Below, piece by piece: positions 18,628 through 27,236 of a stretch of DNA of 64,000 bases (its first letter is position 1; each line of letters opens with the position of its first letter). The stretch lies in the IMG/VR virus record IMGVR_UViG_3300031999_000011; one strand, written 5' to 3'. Source of the DNA: a virus. Lineage: Duplodnaviria; Heunggongvirae; Uroviricota; Caudoviricetes. The position numbers were made by a program, and so were the translations under genes. The notes beneath the pieces were generated by a model that had not been told where the DNA came from, did not search any database, and saw only the letters and a program-made list of their open reading frames with translations.

Positions 18628-18702
18628 GGTAGATGAGCTAGTTTGGAATAGCGTGCGCCTGAAGAGCGTGAGAATAAGGTTCGAATCCTTGATCTACCAC
18701 CA
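18628..18702 (+). tRNA. tRNA-Phe (GAA), encoded CCA
   Basis: Acceptor GGTAGAT/ATCTACC; D-arm GCTA-GTTTGGAA-TAGC; anticodon loop CTGAAGA; T-loop TTCGAAT; A-CCA. Confidence 0.8.
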
Positions 18703-18710
18703 GAATTAAT

Positions 18711-18786
18711 TGGGCTATAGTGTAATTGGAAACACCTCACACTTTGACTGTGATATTGTTCGGTTCGAGTCCGGCTAGCCCTACCA
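18711..18786 (+). tRNA. tRNA-Gln (TTG), encoded CCA
   Basis: U1 start as in bacterial tRNA-Gln; D-arm GTGT-AATTGGAA-ACAC; anticodon stem TCACA/TGTGA with loop CTTTGAC; T-loop TTCGAGT; 1:72 U-U mismatch. Confidence 0.7.
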
Positions 18787-18858
18787 CTTTTAAAAAGATA
18801 AATAAGTAGATACACTAAAAGTAGTGGTTAAAATATAATATACGTAGGAGATTGTATA

Positions 18859-19245
18859 ATGATAAAATTAATATTTATAGCACTATTATGTGTTTTTGTT
18901 ACAGGTTGTGCATCAATGAGCAATTGGACGCCAACAGTTGATACATATAACGATAGACGTGCATCTCATATCCCGCAAGATCAAGCAGAGTGCAGACAAT
19001 TAGCATCTCAAGCATCTGGTGGAACAGTTAAAGAAACCTTTACCGGTGCAGGTGTAGGAGCATTAATAGGTGCAGCAGGTGGAGCAATCGCTGGAGCGTT
19101 TATCGGAAATCCAGCAACTGGTGCAGCGATTGGTGCTGCTGCAGGTGGTTTTGGTGGTGGTGCTGGATTGGGCTTCAACGCCGAGAACAATTATAAACAA
19201 TCATACAAAGTTTGTATGAGACACAGAGGTCATACAGTAATTTAG
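18859..19245 (+). CDS. OsmB/SlyB-like glycine-zipper outer-membrane lipoprotein
   Basis: Lipobox FVTGCAS; GAGVGALIGAAGGAIAGAFIGNPATGAAIGAAAGGFGGG glycine zipper; paralog of 33194..33673. Confidence 0.65.
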   Translation: MIKLIFIALLCVFVTGCASMSNWTPTVDTYNDRRASHIPQDQAECRQLASQASGGTVKETFTGAGVGALIGAAGGAIAGAFIGNPATGAAIGAAAGGFGGGAGLGFNAENNYKQSYKVCMRHRGHTVI

Positions 19246-19258
19246 TATGAAAAATTAT

Positions 19259-19336
19259 GCGCTCGTAGCTCAATTGGATTAGAGCATAGGATTTCTAATC
19301 CTATGGTTGGAGATTCGAATTCTCTCGAGCGTGCCA
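19259..19336 (+). tRNA. tRNA-Arg (TCT), encoded CCA
   Basis: Acceptor GCGCTCG/CGAGCGT; anticodon stem TAGGA/TCCTA with loop TTTCTAA; T-arm GGAGA-TTCGAAT-TCTCT; G-CCA. Confidence 0.8.
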
Positions 19337-19353
19337 AACATTAAAAGAATTAT

Positions 19354-19431
19354 GTCCATGTAGCTCAATTGGATTAGAGCATCGGTCTACGAAACCGAAG
19401 GTTATCCGTTCAAATCGGATCATGGATACCA
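19354..19431 (+). tRNA. tRNA-Arg (ACG), encoded CCA
   Basis: Acceptor GTCCATG/CATGGAT; anticodon stem TCGGT/ACCGA with loop CTACGAA; T-arm ATCCG-TTCAAAT-CGGAT; A-CCA. Confidence 0.8.
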
Positions 19432-19472
19432 AATGGTAAAAAAATGATATATAATATATCTTAATGAATAAT

Positions 19473-19548
19473 GCAGGTGTAGCTCAATGGGTAGAGCGCC
19501 GTCCTTCCAAGTCGGATGTTGCAGAATCGTCCTCTGTCACCTGCTCCA
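19473..19548 (+). tRNA. tRNA-Gly (TCC), encoded CCA; atypical T-loop ATCGTCC
   Basis: Acceptor GCAGGTG/CACCTGC; anticodon loop CTTCCAA; one mismatch in the anticodon stem; A54/U58 instead of T54/A58. Confidence 0.65.
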
Positions 19549-19555
19549 ATTTTAT

Positions 19556-19631
19556 GCTTCGTTAGCTCAATGGGTAGAGCACTGCATTGTCACTGCAGAG
19601 GCAGCGGGATCATAGCCCGCACGAGGCGCCA
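19556..19631 (+). tRNA. tRNA-Asp (GTC), encoded CCA; atypical T-loop ATCATAG
   Basis: Acceptor GCTTCGT/ACGAGGC; anticodon stem CTGCA/TGCAG with loop TTGTCAC; T-stem GCGGG/CCCGC; G-CCA. Confidence 0.7.
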
Positions 19632-19663
19632 AATATAATGTAATTATATCAATTAAATGATTT

Positions 19664-19885
19664 ATGAAATTTCACAAACTTGAAGTATACGTTTTCGATT
19701 TTGAAGAAGGTGATAATATTAAAGATATTATCGTTGAAATTGAACAAAATCGACATTTTAATATGGAAGTTAAAGCTCATCAAACAGTTGATATTGGTGA
19801 ATGGGATGATGATCATGAATTAAATCTAACACGCACTTCATTAGAACAGTTTAGAGCGTATTTTGAAAAGAATAATGTCGGGTGA
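19664..19885 (+). CDS. hypothetical protein
   Basis: 73-aa ORF lying between tRNA genes. Confidence 0.4.
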   Translation: MKFHKLEVYVFDFEEGDNIKDIIVEIEQNRHFNMEVKAHQTVDIGEWDDDHELNLTRTSLEQFRAYFEKNNVG

Positions 19886-19922
19886 TACTCATGTGAATCC
19901 GTGAGTCTGGTTATAATTAAAT

Positions 19923-20000
19923 GGGCCTGTATCCCAATTGGTAAGAGGACACCGGCTTAGACCCGGTGTGTTGGAGATTCGAATTCTCTCAGGCCTACCA
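19923..20000 (+). tRNA. tRNA with anticodon TAG (Leu, reads CUA) but class-I short variable loop; encoded CCA
   Basis: Acceptor GGGCCTG/CAGGCCT; 3-bp D-stem; anticodon stem ACCGG/CCGGT with loop CTTAGAC; variable GTGTT; T-arm GGAGA-TTCGAAT-TCTCT; A73-CCA. Confidence 0.6.
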
Positions 20001-20017
20001 ATTTTAGTGAGGTTGTA

Positions 20018-20200
20018 ATGACAAAAGCGTTAAATGATTCCATATTCGATAATTTAGCTATAGTAATTATTGCTGTTATAGTTGTTATGGTTTTACTTGG
20101 TATATTATTAAGTTTTGTATCTACTGTATTTAAATTCATTATACTTTGTATTATAGTTGGTGCTAGTTATAAATTATACAAATATTACAACACTAAGTAA
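20018..20200 (+). CDS. small membrane protein
   Basis: 60-aa ORF; hydrophobic IVIIAVIVVMVLLGILLSFV. Confidence 0.4.
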   Translation: MTKALNDSIFDNLAIVIIAVIVVMVLLGILLSFVSTVFKFIILCIIVGASYKLYKYYNTK

Positions 20201-20203
20201 TTT

Positions 20204-20620
20204 TTGCTTTTGATAATATTCCCTACCCAAATATATGAAAATTATATTTGGGTTTTTAGTTTAATGGAGTGTTGTATGGTTTTATTTCAACATGATACTG
20301 GATATACTAAAATTACTAAAAAGTATTTAAGATTGGCTGCTGTATATAGAAGATTTGCTGAACGTTCCCCACATTATGATTTTTCAATGAGAAGTTTAAT
20401 TGAATGTTTTAGACACGAAACATATGGTGATAAACATTCTCCGATGAATGGATATGTTCATGGAAAACACCTTAAAGATATTACCGTCTCTATGTGGATT
20501 GAAGATATAGATAAGTGTAATTTCTGCAAAGCTGAATTTTTAACTCCTTTAAATAAGTGGTGGGTCTCAAAAGCATTTGATACTATAATGCCACCTACAT
20601 GGTTTCCATTTCAAAAATAA
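20204..20620 (+). CDS. hypothetical protein
   Basis: 138-aa ORF. Confidence 0.45.
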   Translation: MLLIIFPTQIYENYIWVFSLMECCMVLFQHDTGYTKITKKYLRLAAVYRRFAERSPHYDFSMRSLIECFRHETYGDKHSPMNGYVHGKHLKDITVSMWIEDIDKCNFCKAEFLTPLNKWWVSKAFDTIMPPTWFPFQK

Positions 20621-20633
20621 CAAGGACGACACA

Positions 20634-21221
20634 ATGATAGGCGACAATTTAATAGATTATATAGACCAAGGTCAACGTATGCTAGATGATATAAGAACTA
20701 ACTTCTCTGATCATCAAAATTCAAATAAATTAATACAATCCGCTTACGATAAACTTAATTTCTTTAAAACTGATCCCTCAATTACACCCAGTTGTGATTG
20801 GGTACCTGGTGGGATTTACAACAGGTACGGATACGATTCAGAAATTCCAGGATTTATTGCTGAATTGATTGCTCAATGTAATTGCATACAATATATGGAT
20901 TTACCAGTTATTGTTGCTCAAGATAAACAAAGTCAATGCAATGATCAAATTGATTTTTGGTGCGGTGATTTTTCATTTCAAGTTAAAGCTGCAATAACAA
21001 CACATTGGGTTCGCATTGGGATTCGCAGAGATTGGGTAACTCATTCACAAGCAACTTACTTAGCATTAGTAGACATAATGTTGCAAACTAATATTATGTC
21101 AGAACGTACTCAGTTACTTAAAGAATTTTCTACTAGAAGTACAACTCGCAGTTTACATATTGATGATCTAAAAGATATATCGCTGTATGGTAAAATAAAT
21201 AATGATTGGCTATATTCATAG
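20634..21221 (+). CDS. hypothetical protein
   Basis: 195-aa ORF. Confidence 0.5.
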   Translation: MIGDNLIDYIDQGQRMLDDIRTNFSDHQNSNKLIQSAYDKLNFFKTDPSITPSCDWVPGGIYNRYGYDSEIPGFIAELIAQCNCIQYMDLPVIVAQDKQSQCNDQIDFWCGDFSFQVKAAITTHWVRIGIRRDWVTHSQATYLALVDIMLQTNIMSERTQLLKEFSTRSTTRSLHIDDLKDISLYGKINNDWLYS

Positions 21222-21274
21222 TTGATTAAACATACATTATAATATATAATGTATATTTAAATAAGGAGAATAAT

Positions 21275-21448
21275 ATGTGGCAAGCAATAAAAAGTTTCTA
21301 CTATATTCATGTTAATATGAGTGTAGTATGGTTTTTAGTTGGCGCAGGTGTGGTGTATACCATGATTCCATTTGGTGAATTCGTAGGTTTTGCTTTAATG
21401 TTTGGTGCGGTAGTTTACTGGTTTGATAGTGGAAGGTACAGTAGATAA
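21275..21448 (+). CDS. small membrane protein (57 aa)
   Basis: SD AAGGAG 7 nt upstream; two hydrophobic helices. Confidence 0.35.
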   Translation: MWQAIKSFYYIHVNMSVVWFLVGAGVVYTMIPFGEFVGFALMFGAVVYWFDSGRYSR

Positions 21449-21506
21449 GATATCAGGTATTAGCAACCTAAAATAAATACATAGTCTACTTATAGGAGAG
21501 ATTATA

Positions 21507-21908
21507 ATGAAATTTTTAGGATTGTTAGTATTATTGTTAATTGTATCTGGTTGTGCAACTATAATTAGTGGTACTACAGATAATGTGTTAGTTAAAAGTA
21601 CTCCATCAGGAGTACCGTTTACTATACAAAATAAATCGGGTGTAACAGTAGTAGGTGGTGTAACACCAACAAAAGTTCAGCTGAAAAGAGGTGATGGATA
21701 TTTTAATGATGAAGTATATAAAGTAAATTATGTTATAAAAGGGTTTTACCCGCAAACAAGTGTTATTGCAGCATCAATAAATCCATGGTATTTTGGTAAT
21801 TTAATATTTGGTGGAATAATAATAGGCGGAATAATAATAGATCCGTTAACAGGTGCAATGTGGTCATTCCCAAGCGATACAAATATATTATTATTTCCAA
21901 TTCAATAA
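21507..21908 (+). CDS. lipoprotein with C-terminal glycine zipper (GGIIIGGIIIDP)
   Basis: Lipobox IVSGCAT; SD-like GGAGAG upstream. Confidence 0.55.
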   Translation: MKFLGLLVLLLIVSGCATIISGTTDNVLVKSTPSGVPFTIQNKSGVTVVGGVTPTKVQLKRGDGYFNDEVYKVNYVIKGFYPQTSVIAASINPWYFGNLIFGGIIIGGIIIDPLTGAMWSFPSDTNILLFPIQ

Positions 21909-21919
21909 TTGTTTAAAAG

Positions 21920-22150
21920 GTGTGTAAAATGGTAGCTGAAAGGTTAGGTGCAAGAATGGTATTAGCAACAATAATTATTGGCGGGTTGATATCAATAGGT
22001 ACACGATTAATATGGCCTACATTATATCCACAAGCTCCATTAGAACGGGTATTGTGGGAACTAATTTGTTATGTATTTGGATATGAGCTTAGTGATAAAC
22101 TTGGTGATGTATTTAATAATATGTTTAAGAAGAAATCAGTAAGTGGTTGA
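21920..22150 (+). CDS. small membrane protein
   Basis: 76-aa ORF with hydrophobic N-terminus. Confidence 0.4.
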   Translation: MCKMVAERLGARMVLATIIIGGLISIGTRLIWPTLYPQAPLERVLWELICYVFGYELSDKLGDVFNNMFKKKSVSG

Positions 22151-22454
22151 TACACGACAGGTGTCTGCAGATGAACAAGTCGAATTATTATTAATACAGG
22201 CAATTAGTAACGATGTTAAATTATTTACTAAACTTGTACTTGAAACGTTACAAAAAATAAGTGAAGATGTAGATGGATCGTATAATATAAGTGAATCATT
22301 ATTGCCTGAAGCTACATATAATGAAATTGCTACAATTATATATAAATCTCGTTCTGAAATAACAAATAAGGTAGAGTTAGATTTATATCTTATTAATATT
22401 ATGATTAATATTACTCAAGCTGTTGTTGACGCAAATAGATTAAAAAGTAATTAA
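22143..22454 (+). CDS. hypothetical protein
   Basis: 103-aa ORF overlapping the previous stop. Confidence 0.4.
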   Translation: MVDTRQVSADEQVELLLIQAISNDVKLFTKLVLETLQKISEDVDGSYNISESLLPEATYNEIATIIYKSRSEITNKVELDLYLINIMINITQAVVDANRLKSN

Positions 22455-22494
22455 TAAATATTAGACGAGCAGTTACAATTTAATGAGGTAATTT

Positions 22495-23112
22495 GTGAGT
22501 AGTTCAAACAAAGATTGGTATTCAATAACTAATACATATTTAGATTGTCGACTCAATAGTATTTTTTTTCGTGTTAAAGAAAAATTTGGTGGATTATCAA
22601 ATATGTCGAACGATTTTCCAATTTGTGTTAATGGGTACAGTATAGCTAATAATGAGGCATTATATCAAGCATGTAGGTTTCCAGATTATCCTGAAATACA
22701 ACGAGAAATTATTATTCAACATAGTGGTATTGCAGCTAAAATGAAAAGCAAAAAATACCGGAAAGAGTTTACAAGAGTAGATTGGGATGATGTTCGAGTT
22801 GATATTATGCGTTTTTGTTTACAACTTAAACTTCAACAGTATGAAAAACCATTTGGTCTACTACTTATGAGTACTACTCAAACAGACATTGTTGAACGAT
22901 CAAGTAAAGATGCATTTTGGGGTGCTGTTTGGGACGATAACGCAGGCGCTTATGTTGGTCAAAACATACTAGGTAAGTTACTTATGGAGTTACGTGATTG
23001 GTTTTTTAATTGCGATATGAGTCTTAATGAACGTGGGTTATTTAGTTATAATTACATTGAACTGTTGAATGTTAACAATTTTTTGTTATTAGGAAATAAT
23101 ATAATTCTATGA
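22495..23112 (+). CDS. NADAR (YbiA-like, DUF1768) domain protein
   Basis: FGGLSNMSNDFPICVNGYSIANNEALYQACRF (LSNF...G..y.s.EH.yQa.KF) and DAFWGAV (D.yWG.G) NADAR signature motifs. Confidence 0.7.
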   Translation: MSSSNKDWYSITNTYLDCRLNSIFFRVKEKFGGLSNMSNDFPICVNGYSIANNEALYQACRFPDYPEIQREIIIQHSGIAAKMKSKKYRKEFTRVDWDDVRVDIMRFCLQLKLQQYEKPFGLLLMSTTQTDIVERSSKDAFWGAVWDDNAGAYVGQNILGKLLMELRDWFFNCDMSLNERGLFSYNYIELLNVNNFLLLGNNIIL

Positions 23113-23157
23113 ACAACTAAATAACATTTAAATAATCTATGCTAGGAGGAATAGCAC

Positions 23158-23355
23158 ATGTGTAAAAAATTACAAATTATAAGTTTAGTTGTAGTATATA
23201 GTATTTGGCCTCAGGTTACCAGTGCAGAAACAGGTGTTACACATGATAGAAATAAAACAGGTTCATATAAACGAATGGATCCGCTAACCTCTTTTTTTGG
23301 TGGACTCGGGTTAATTGGTATCGGTATGTGGATGAACCACAAAAATAAAGTTTAA
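23158..23355 (+). CDS. small secreted/membrane protein
   Basis: SD TAGGAGG upstream; signal-peptide-like N-terminus. Confidence 0.4.
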   Translation: MCKKLQIISLVVVYSIWPQVTSAETGVTHDRNKTGSYKRMDPLTSFFGGLGLIGIGMWMNHKNKV

Positions 23356-24509
23356 TAATATACTCGTTTATGTGGAGTTTTATATACTAACGCACCTTGT
23401 GCATTCGGTTCTTTTCGTGAATTATATAATTTATGAGGACAAAAACCAACCATTGATTTAGGATGTATTCGCATTTTATATAACGATATAATAGCATCAC
23501 TAAATGTATGTCCACTAACAACATTATCATCGATAAAAATTATATCTTTGTCTTGTAGTTGAGAAGCAATATGTTTTACAGCTAATTGAAAATTGTAAAA
23601 CCCTCTATCTCGATCTCCTCCTACTGGTGCTATTGCATTGTGAATACTAAATCTTGAATTTTCTAACCTATCAGTTGCTGTAGCTAATTCATTTTCAGCT
23701 TTAGTCAATTCTCTGTGAGTCATATCTAATTCTTCTATAGTATCAAAATCAGCATTATTTAATCTAACTATATGTTGTTTTAAGTGTGCAATAGTATTTT
23801 GTAATTCTTTTAACCGATTATGAGGACTAATTGATCTATCAGCTGCAGTATCATGTTCTTCACCTTTTACACCTCTAGGTTCATATATACCACCCGTATA
23901 CACATAGTTAGATAATCGAGGCCAATGGTTCTTCAAAAATGCACCATGTATAATATTAATATTACTCAAATATTCAGAAATTATATTAGCAAATTGTTTA
24001 ACTACAGGTGAACTTGATGATAATGTAACTAATACTACTTGGTTGTGTTCATCTGGGTGTATTTTATTATTGTGTAATCTTACAAACATTTTTTGAATTG
24101 CAGCATATTGTTTATCACGTGAAGTGCGTTGTTCAGGTTTTGGTAGTATATGTGATATTACTTTTTTTAATCCCACTCTTACAAATTTTTCAATTTCCGC
24201 ATCCGACATAGTATGATTCGTATTTCGTTTTTTAATAGCATCCATTAACCCAGTTGTATGTTCTTGATTTTCCCAACCTATAGGAGTTTTATCTAATGAA
24301 TATGCATGTAATACAGGAATACTTGCAGGTGGTTTGAGTAGGTTATATCTATTAAACAACATTAATTCTTCTTTTTGCAAATTGATTTGCACAGTATGAA
24401 TACCTGTTTTGTATTCTTTAGCATTTAATGTACCGGGTTCATCAAATTCATGAGCATATGTACCGTCTGCTAATTGCCGTTTAATCGTTTTAATTTCAGT
24501 TAATAACAT
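23352..24509 (-). CDS. phosphoribosyltransferase (type I PRTase) domain protein with inserted coiled-coil region
   Basis: C-terminal PRPP-binding loop IIFIDDNVVSGHTF; earlier VVLVTLSSSSPVV hood-like segment; minus strand, convergent with the NADAR gene. Confidence 0.6.
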   Translation of the reverse strand: MLLTEIKTIKRQLADGTYAHEFDEPGTLNAKEYKTGIHTVQINLQKEELMLFNRYNLLKPPASIPVLHAYSLDKTPIGWENQEHTTGLMDAIKKRNTNHTMSDAEIEKFVRVGLKKVISHILPKPEQRTSRDKQYAAIQKMFVRLHNNKIHPDEHNQVVLVTLSSSSPVVKQFANIISEYLSNINIIHGAFLKNHWPRLSNYVYTGGIYEPRGVKGEEHDTAADRSISPHNRLKELQNTIAHLKQHIVRLNNADFDTIEELDMTHRELTKAENELATATDRLENSRFSIHNAIAPVGGDRDRGFYNFQLAVKHIASQLQDKDIIFIDDNVVSGHTFSDAIISLYKMRIHPKSMVGFCPHKLYNSRKEPNAQGALVYKTPHKRVYY

Positions 24510-24610
24510 GTATATTTCTCGGTAAGTATGTATATTTATTTATTGCAAACTTGTGGAAAGTATATTATAATAAAATATATTATAATAAAATATTGTTAAT
24601 AAGGGGTATA

Positions 24611-24841
24611 ATGTTTTTCGTAACAACAGCTACAAATCATCCAACGGGTGCTGGTTATTTTGAAATCCATACTGATGATTATAGTGAGGCAAATAAAGCT
24701 TGTTTTGATACATTAGGTGAGAAATGGTGTTTCTTATATAATGATATTAACAAACTTCATGAATTGGATCGTATTAAATTAGGTGAAATTTATGTTGAAG
24801 AGGATGATCCAGAACACACAGGGTATATAATATTTACATAA
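24611..24841 (+). CDS. hypothetical protein
   Basis: 77-aa ORF (ATG at 24611 preferred over the longer track ORF). Confidence 0.4.
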   Translation: MFFVTTATNHPTGAGYFEIHTDDYSEANKACFDTLGEKWCFLYNDINKLHELDRIKLGEIYVEEDDPEHTGYIIFT

Positions 24842-24863
24842 TAATTTAATCAGGTACTTAATT

Positions 24864-25094
24864 ATGAATATAACTGAAGCAGTTGATAGAGCTATACAAG
24901 AATGTACACTAATAGATGCGTTATCTTGGATTTGTGTATGGGAAAGTGAGCGGGCAATACAACAAGCACGATTTAATTATGGATCTGGTTCCAATGGACA
25001 AGGATGGGATACTTGTTTTAAGTATTGTATATCTGAAGTAGTTAAAAGATACCAAGCTACTGATATAATTTTAAAAATAGATAATACTTGTTAG
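24864..25094 (+). CDS. hypothetical protein
   Basis: 76-aa ORF. Confidence 0.4.
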   Translation: MNITEAVDRAIQECTLIDALSWICVWESERAIQQARFNYGSGSNGQGWDTCFKYCISEVVKRYQATDIILKIDNTC

Positions 25095-25103
25095 TTATCT
25101 ACT

Positions 25104-25949
25104 ATGTTTGATTCACCAGTTGTACCAAAATCGTTTTTTATGAATGTTGGAGAGAACTCAGCAAATATTGCATTGAGTTTAACTGTAGCAAAAGAGAAAG
25201 TGATAGTACGTATAACAGGTGGTTGTGGATATATGAGTGTAGAAGATGCTAATGGGTTGTATGATCTATATAGTCAAGCGTTTAGTGGATTTAACGGTGT
25301 GATGTTGTTTGGTGGTACTCGTATGGTTAGCAGGATAGACCGAAATACGGTCATTCCAGGTATAACTGAAGTTGTTCCTCGTATTAAGCATGAAAATCCA
25401 GGTTGTGTTGTTTTAGGAGTTGTTCCAAGAACAGAGGATGTTAAACTGGATACAACTTATGGGTTTATTATTTCAGACGATAATAACCCGTGGATAACTA
25501 TTCCACATCCAGATCAAGATTTTTTTGTAATTGTACAACGTTCAGTAGATCAATCAGCTGATTGGAATGATGAATGGCAAGAATGTTATAATGTAACAAA
25601 ACGATTACGAACCTATTGTGATTGGACTTCATTATTAATTGCATATAATGGCGGTGGAGTTACTGAAAAAGAAATACTTACAATTGCAGCAGCTGGTTGG
25701 CCTGTATTGTTGGTTAATGGTGGAGGTAGGAAAACAGATGAGTATGCTGCAAATGAAGAATTTTTAGCAGCACATCCAAATGTAAGAGTATGTGAAAAAA
25801 ATGTAAGAGATTTTAGAAATACATTGATTGAAATGGGTATACTACTTGGGTTTAGGAAATCTTTAAATCTACAAGTAGTAAATGGTGGTAAAATTAATTT
25901 AAGAGAGTATATTAATTATGAACATAACAGCACAAACAGTAATAAATAA
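25104..25949 (+). CDS. LOG/SLOG-like Rossmann-fold protein (tandem paralog A)
   Basis: RITGGCGYMS (compare LOG GGGxxGxMG) and LLVNGGGRKTDE (compare LOG PGGxGTxxE). Confidence 0.55.
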   Translation: MFDSPVVPKSFFMNVGENSANIALSLTVAKEKVIVRITGGCGYMSVEDANGLYDLYSQAFSGFNGVMLFGGTRMVSRIDRNTVIPGITEVVPRIKHENPGCVVLGVVPRTEDVKLDTTYGFIISDDNNPWITIPHPDQDFFVIVQRSVDQSADWNDEWQECYNVTKRLRTYCDWTSLLIAYNGGGVTEKEILTIAAAGWPVLLVNGGGRKTDEYAANEEFLAAHPNVRVCEKNVRDFRNTLIEMGILLGFRKSLNLQVVNGGKINLREYINYEHNSTNSNK

Positions 25950-26694
25950 GTCGGGTAAAGTTGATTTATTTGTATCAGAAAGCAGTGGAGTTTTACCTGC
26001 TAATTATATGTTAGTGGCAACAAAAGCTAAGTCAAAAGTTGCACTACGTATTGCAGGTGGTTGTAAAAATATGAGTGAGCAAGATAAGTTAGATATGCTT
26101 GATTTTTTTGCTACCGCTTTAATTGGATATTCAGGTGTTCTTTTTTCTGGAGCGACTCGACAATTAACAGCTGATGGTTTACTGGATCCAATGGTGACTG
26201 ATGTTCCTGGTTATGTTGCTCAAAAAAATGATGGTATAATTGCATTAGGTACAGCACCACGCACTGATGCTTGGTCATTACAAGGTGAATCTGCATTTAT
26301 ATTAGATGGATATGGTACAAGACCAAACCCAACAATGGATGCTATTTTATTAGTACAAGATGGTCCTGATGCAACATTAGATTGGGATGGAGATGTACCA
26401 GTTTATTTGAAAATTATGGAATCTTGGAGAAGTTATGCTGGTTTTGAACATGTTGGTTTAATTTCGTGGAACGGTGGCGCAGTCACAGAAGCTGAATTTA
26501 GAGCTACTGCTAACCGTAAATGGCCTACCATATTAATACAAGGTTCTGGTCGTGCTACTGATGATGCTATTCAAGCAATAGTAGGAGAATTACCGGGTGC
26601 GTTACAAGGTGATCATGTATATGTTGTTGATAAGTCTGATCCATTAGCATTACGACAACTTTTAATCGATAATGGTTTTATATTAATTATTTAG
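25918..26694 (+). CDS. LOG/SLOG-like Rossmann-fold protein (tandem paralog B)
   Basis: RIAGGCKNMS and ILIQGSGRATDD; overlaps paralog A by 32 nt; same length and architecture. Confidence 0.55.
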   Translation: MNITAQTVINKSGKVDLFVSESSGVLPANYMLVATKAKSKVALRIAGGCKNMSEQDKLDMLDFFATALIGYSGVLFSGATRQLTADGLLDPMVTDVPGYVAQKNDGIIALGTAPRTDAWSLQGESAFILDGYGTRPNPTMDAILLVQDGPDATLDWDGDVPVYLKIMESWRSYAGFEHVGLISWNGGAVTEAEFRATANRKWPTILIQGSGRATDDAIQAIVGELPGALQGDHVYVVDKSDPLALRQLLIDNGFILII

Positions 26695-26711
26695 TGTAAA
26701 TAAAAATTTAA

Positions 26712-26747
26712 CACCTAAATATTGTACCATAGTACAATATTTAGGTG
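26712..26747. promoter_or_regulatory. perfect 36-bp palindrome (16-bp arms, 4-nt centre), candidate operator or RNA hairpin
   Basis: CACCTAAATATTGTAC-cata-GTACAATATTTAGGTG read directly; ends 7 nt before the next start codon. Confidence 0.45.
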
Positions 26748-26753
26748 AACAAT

Positions 26754-27176
26754 ATGAATAATACGGATGATGAATTACAGAATATCGATATAACTGAATT
26801 AACCACACGTTTAACTCAAATACGTCAATTACAAAATATATTACTAACTCCAGTGTATACTTTATCACAAATTATTACAGTGTGTATAGGATTAATATTA
26901 TTACTGGTTGTAGGTGCGGCTGGATGGATAAATCTTAATAATAAAATCACATACAATAAAGACAGATCAGAAATAGGTGTTAGTGAGTTACGTACTGATA
27001 TAATTAATGATATTAAAAATATTAGAGATACAATATTATATGTCGAAAAAAATATAATGGAGTACGAAAAACCACATCAAGTAGCTATAAAAGATTTAAC
27101 AGTTAAAGTGCAAGAATTAGACAATACTGTGACACAATTGTATTTTAGGTTATCAAAAAATAAAAACAAAAATTAG
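26754..27176 (+). CDS. single-pass membrane protein with C-terminal coiled coil (paralog of 30167..30589)
   Basis: TM helix ITVCIGLILLLVVGAAGW; C-terminus LDNTVTQLYFRLSK resembles LDSTVNQLYTRSSQ of the paralog. Confidence 0.5.
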   Translation: MNNTDDELQNIDITELTTRLTQIRQLQNILLTPVYTLSQIITVCIGLILLLVVGAAGWINLNNKITYNKDRSEIGVSELRTDIINDIKNIRDTILYVEKNIMEYEKPHQVAIKDLTVKVQELDNTVTQLYFRLSKNKNKN

Positions 27177-27236
27177 TGGATATTTCATATTATATAATGT
27201 ATAATATAACATATAAAATAACTTAGGAAAAGTAGT

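Noticed and set aside
18567-18815. Minus-strand ORF overlapping tRNA-Phe and tRNA-Gln; also 19008..19190 (-) and 19957..20139 (-)
   Set aside because: They overlap well-formed tRNA genes or the glycine-zipper lipoprotein gene on the opposite strand. They have no SD and are probably spurious.
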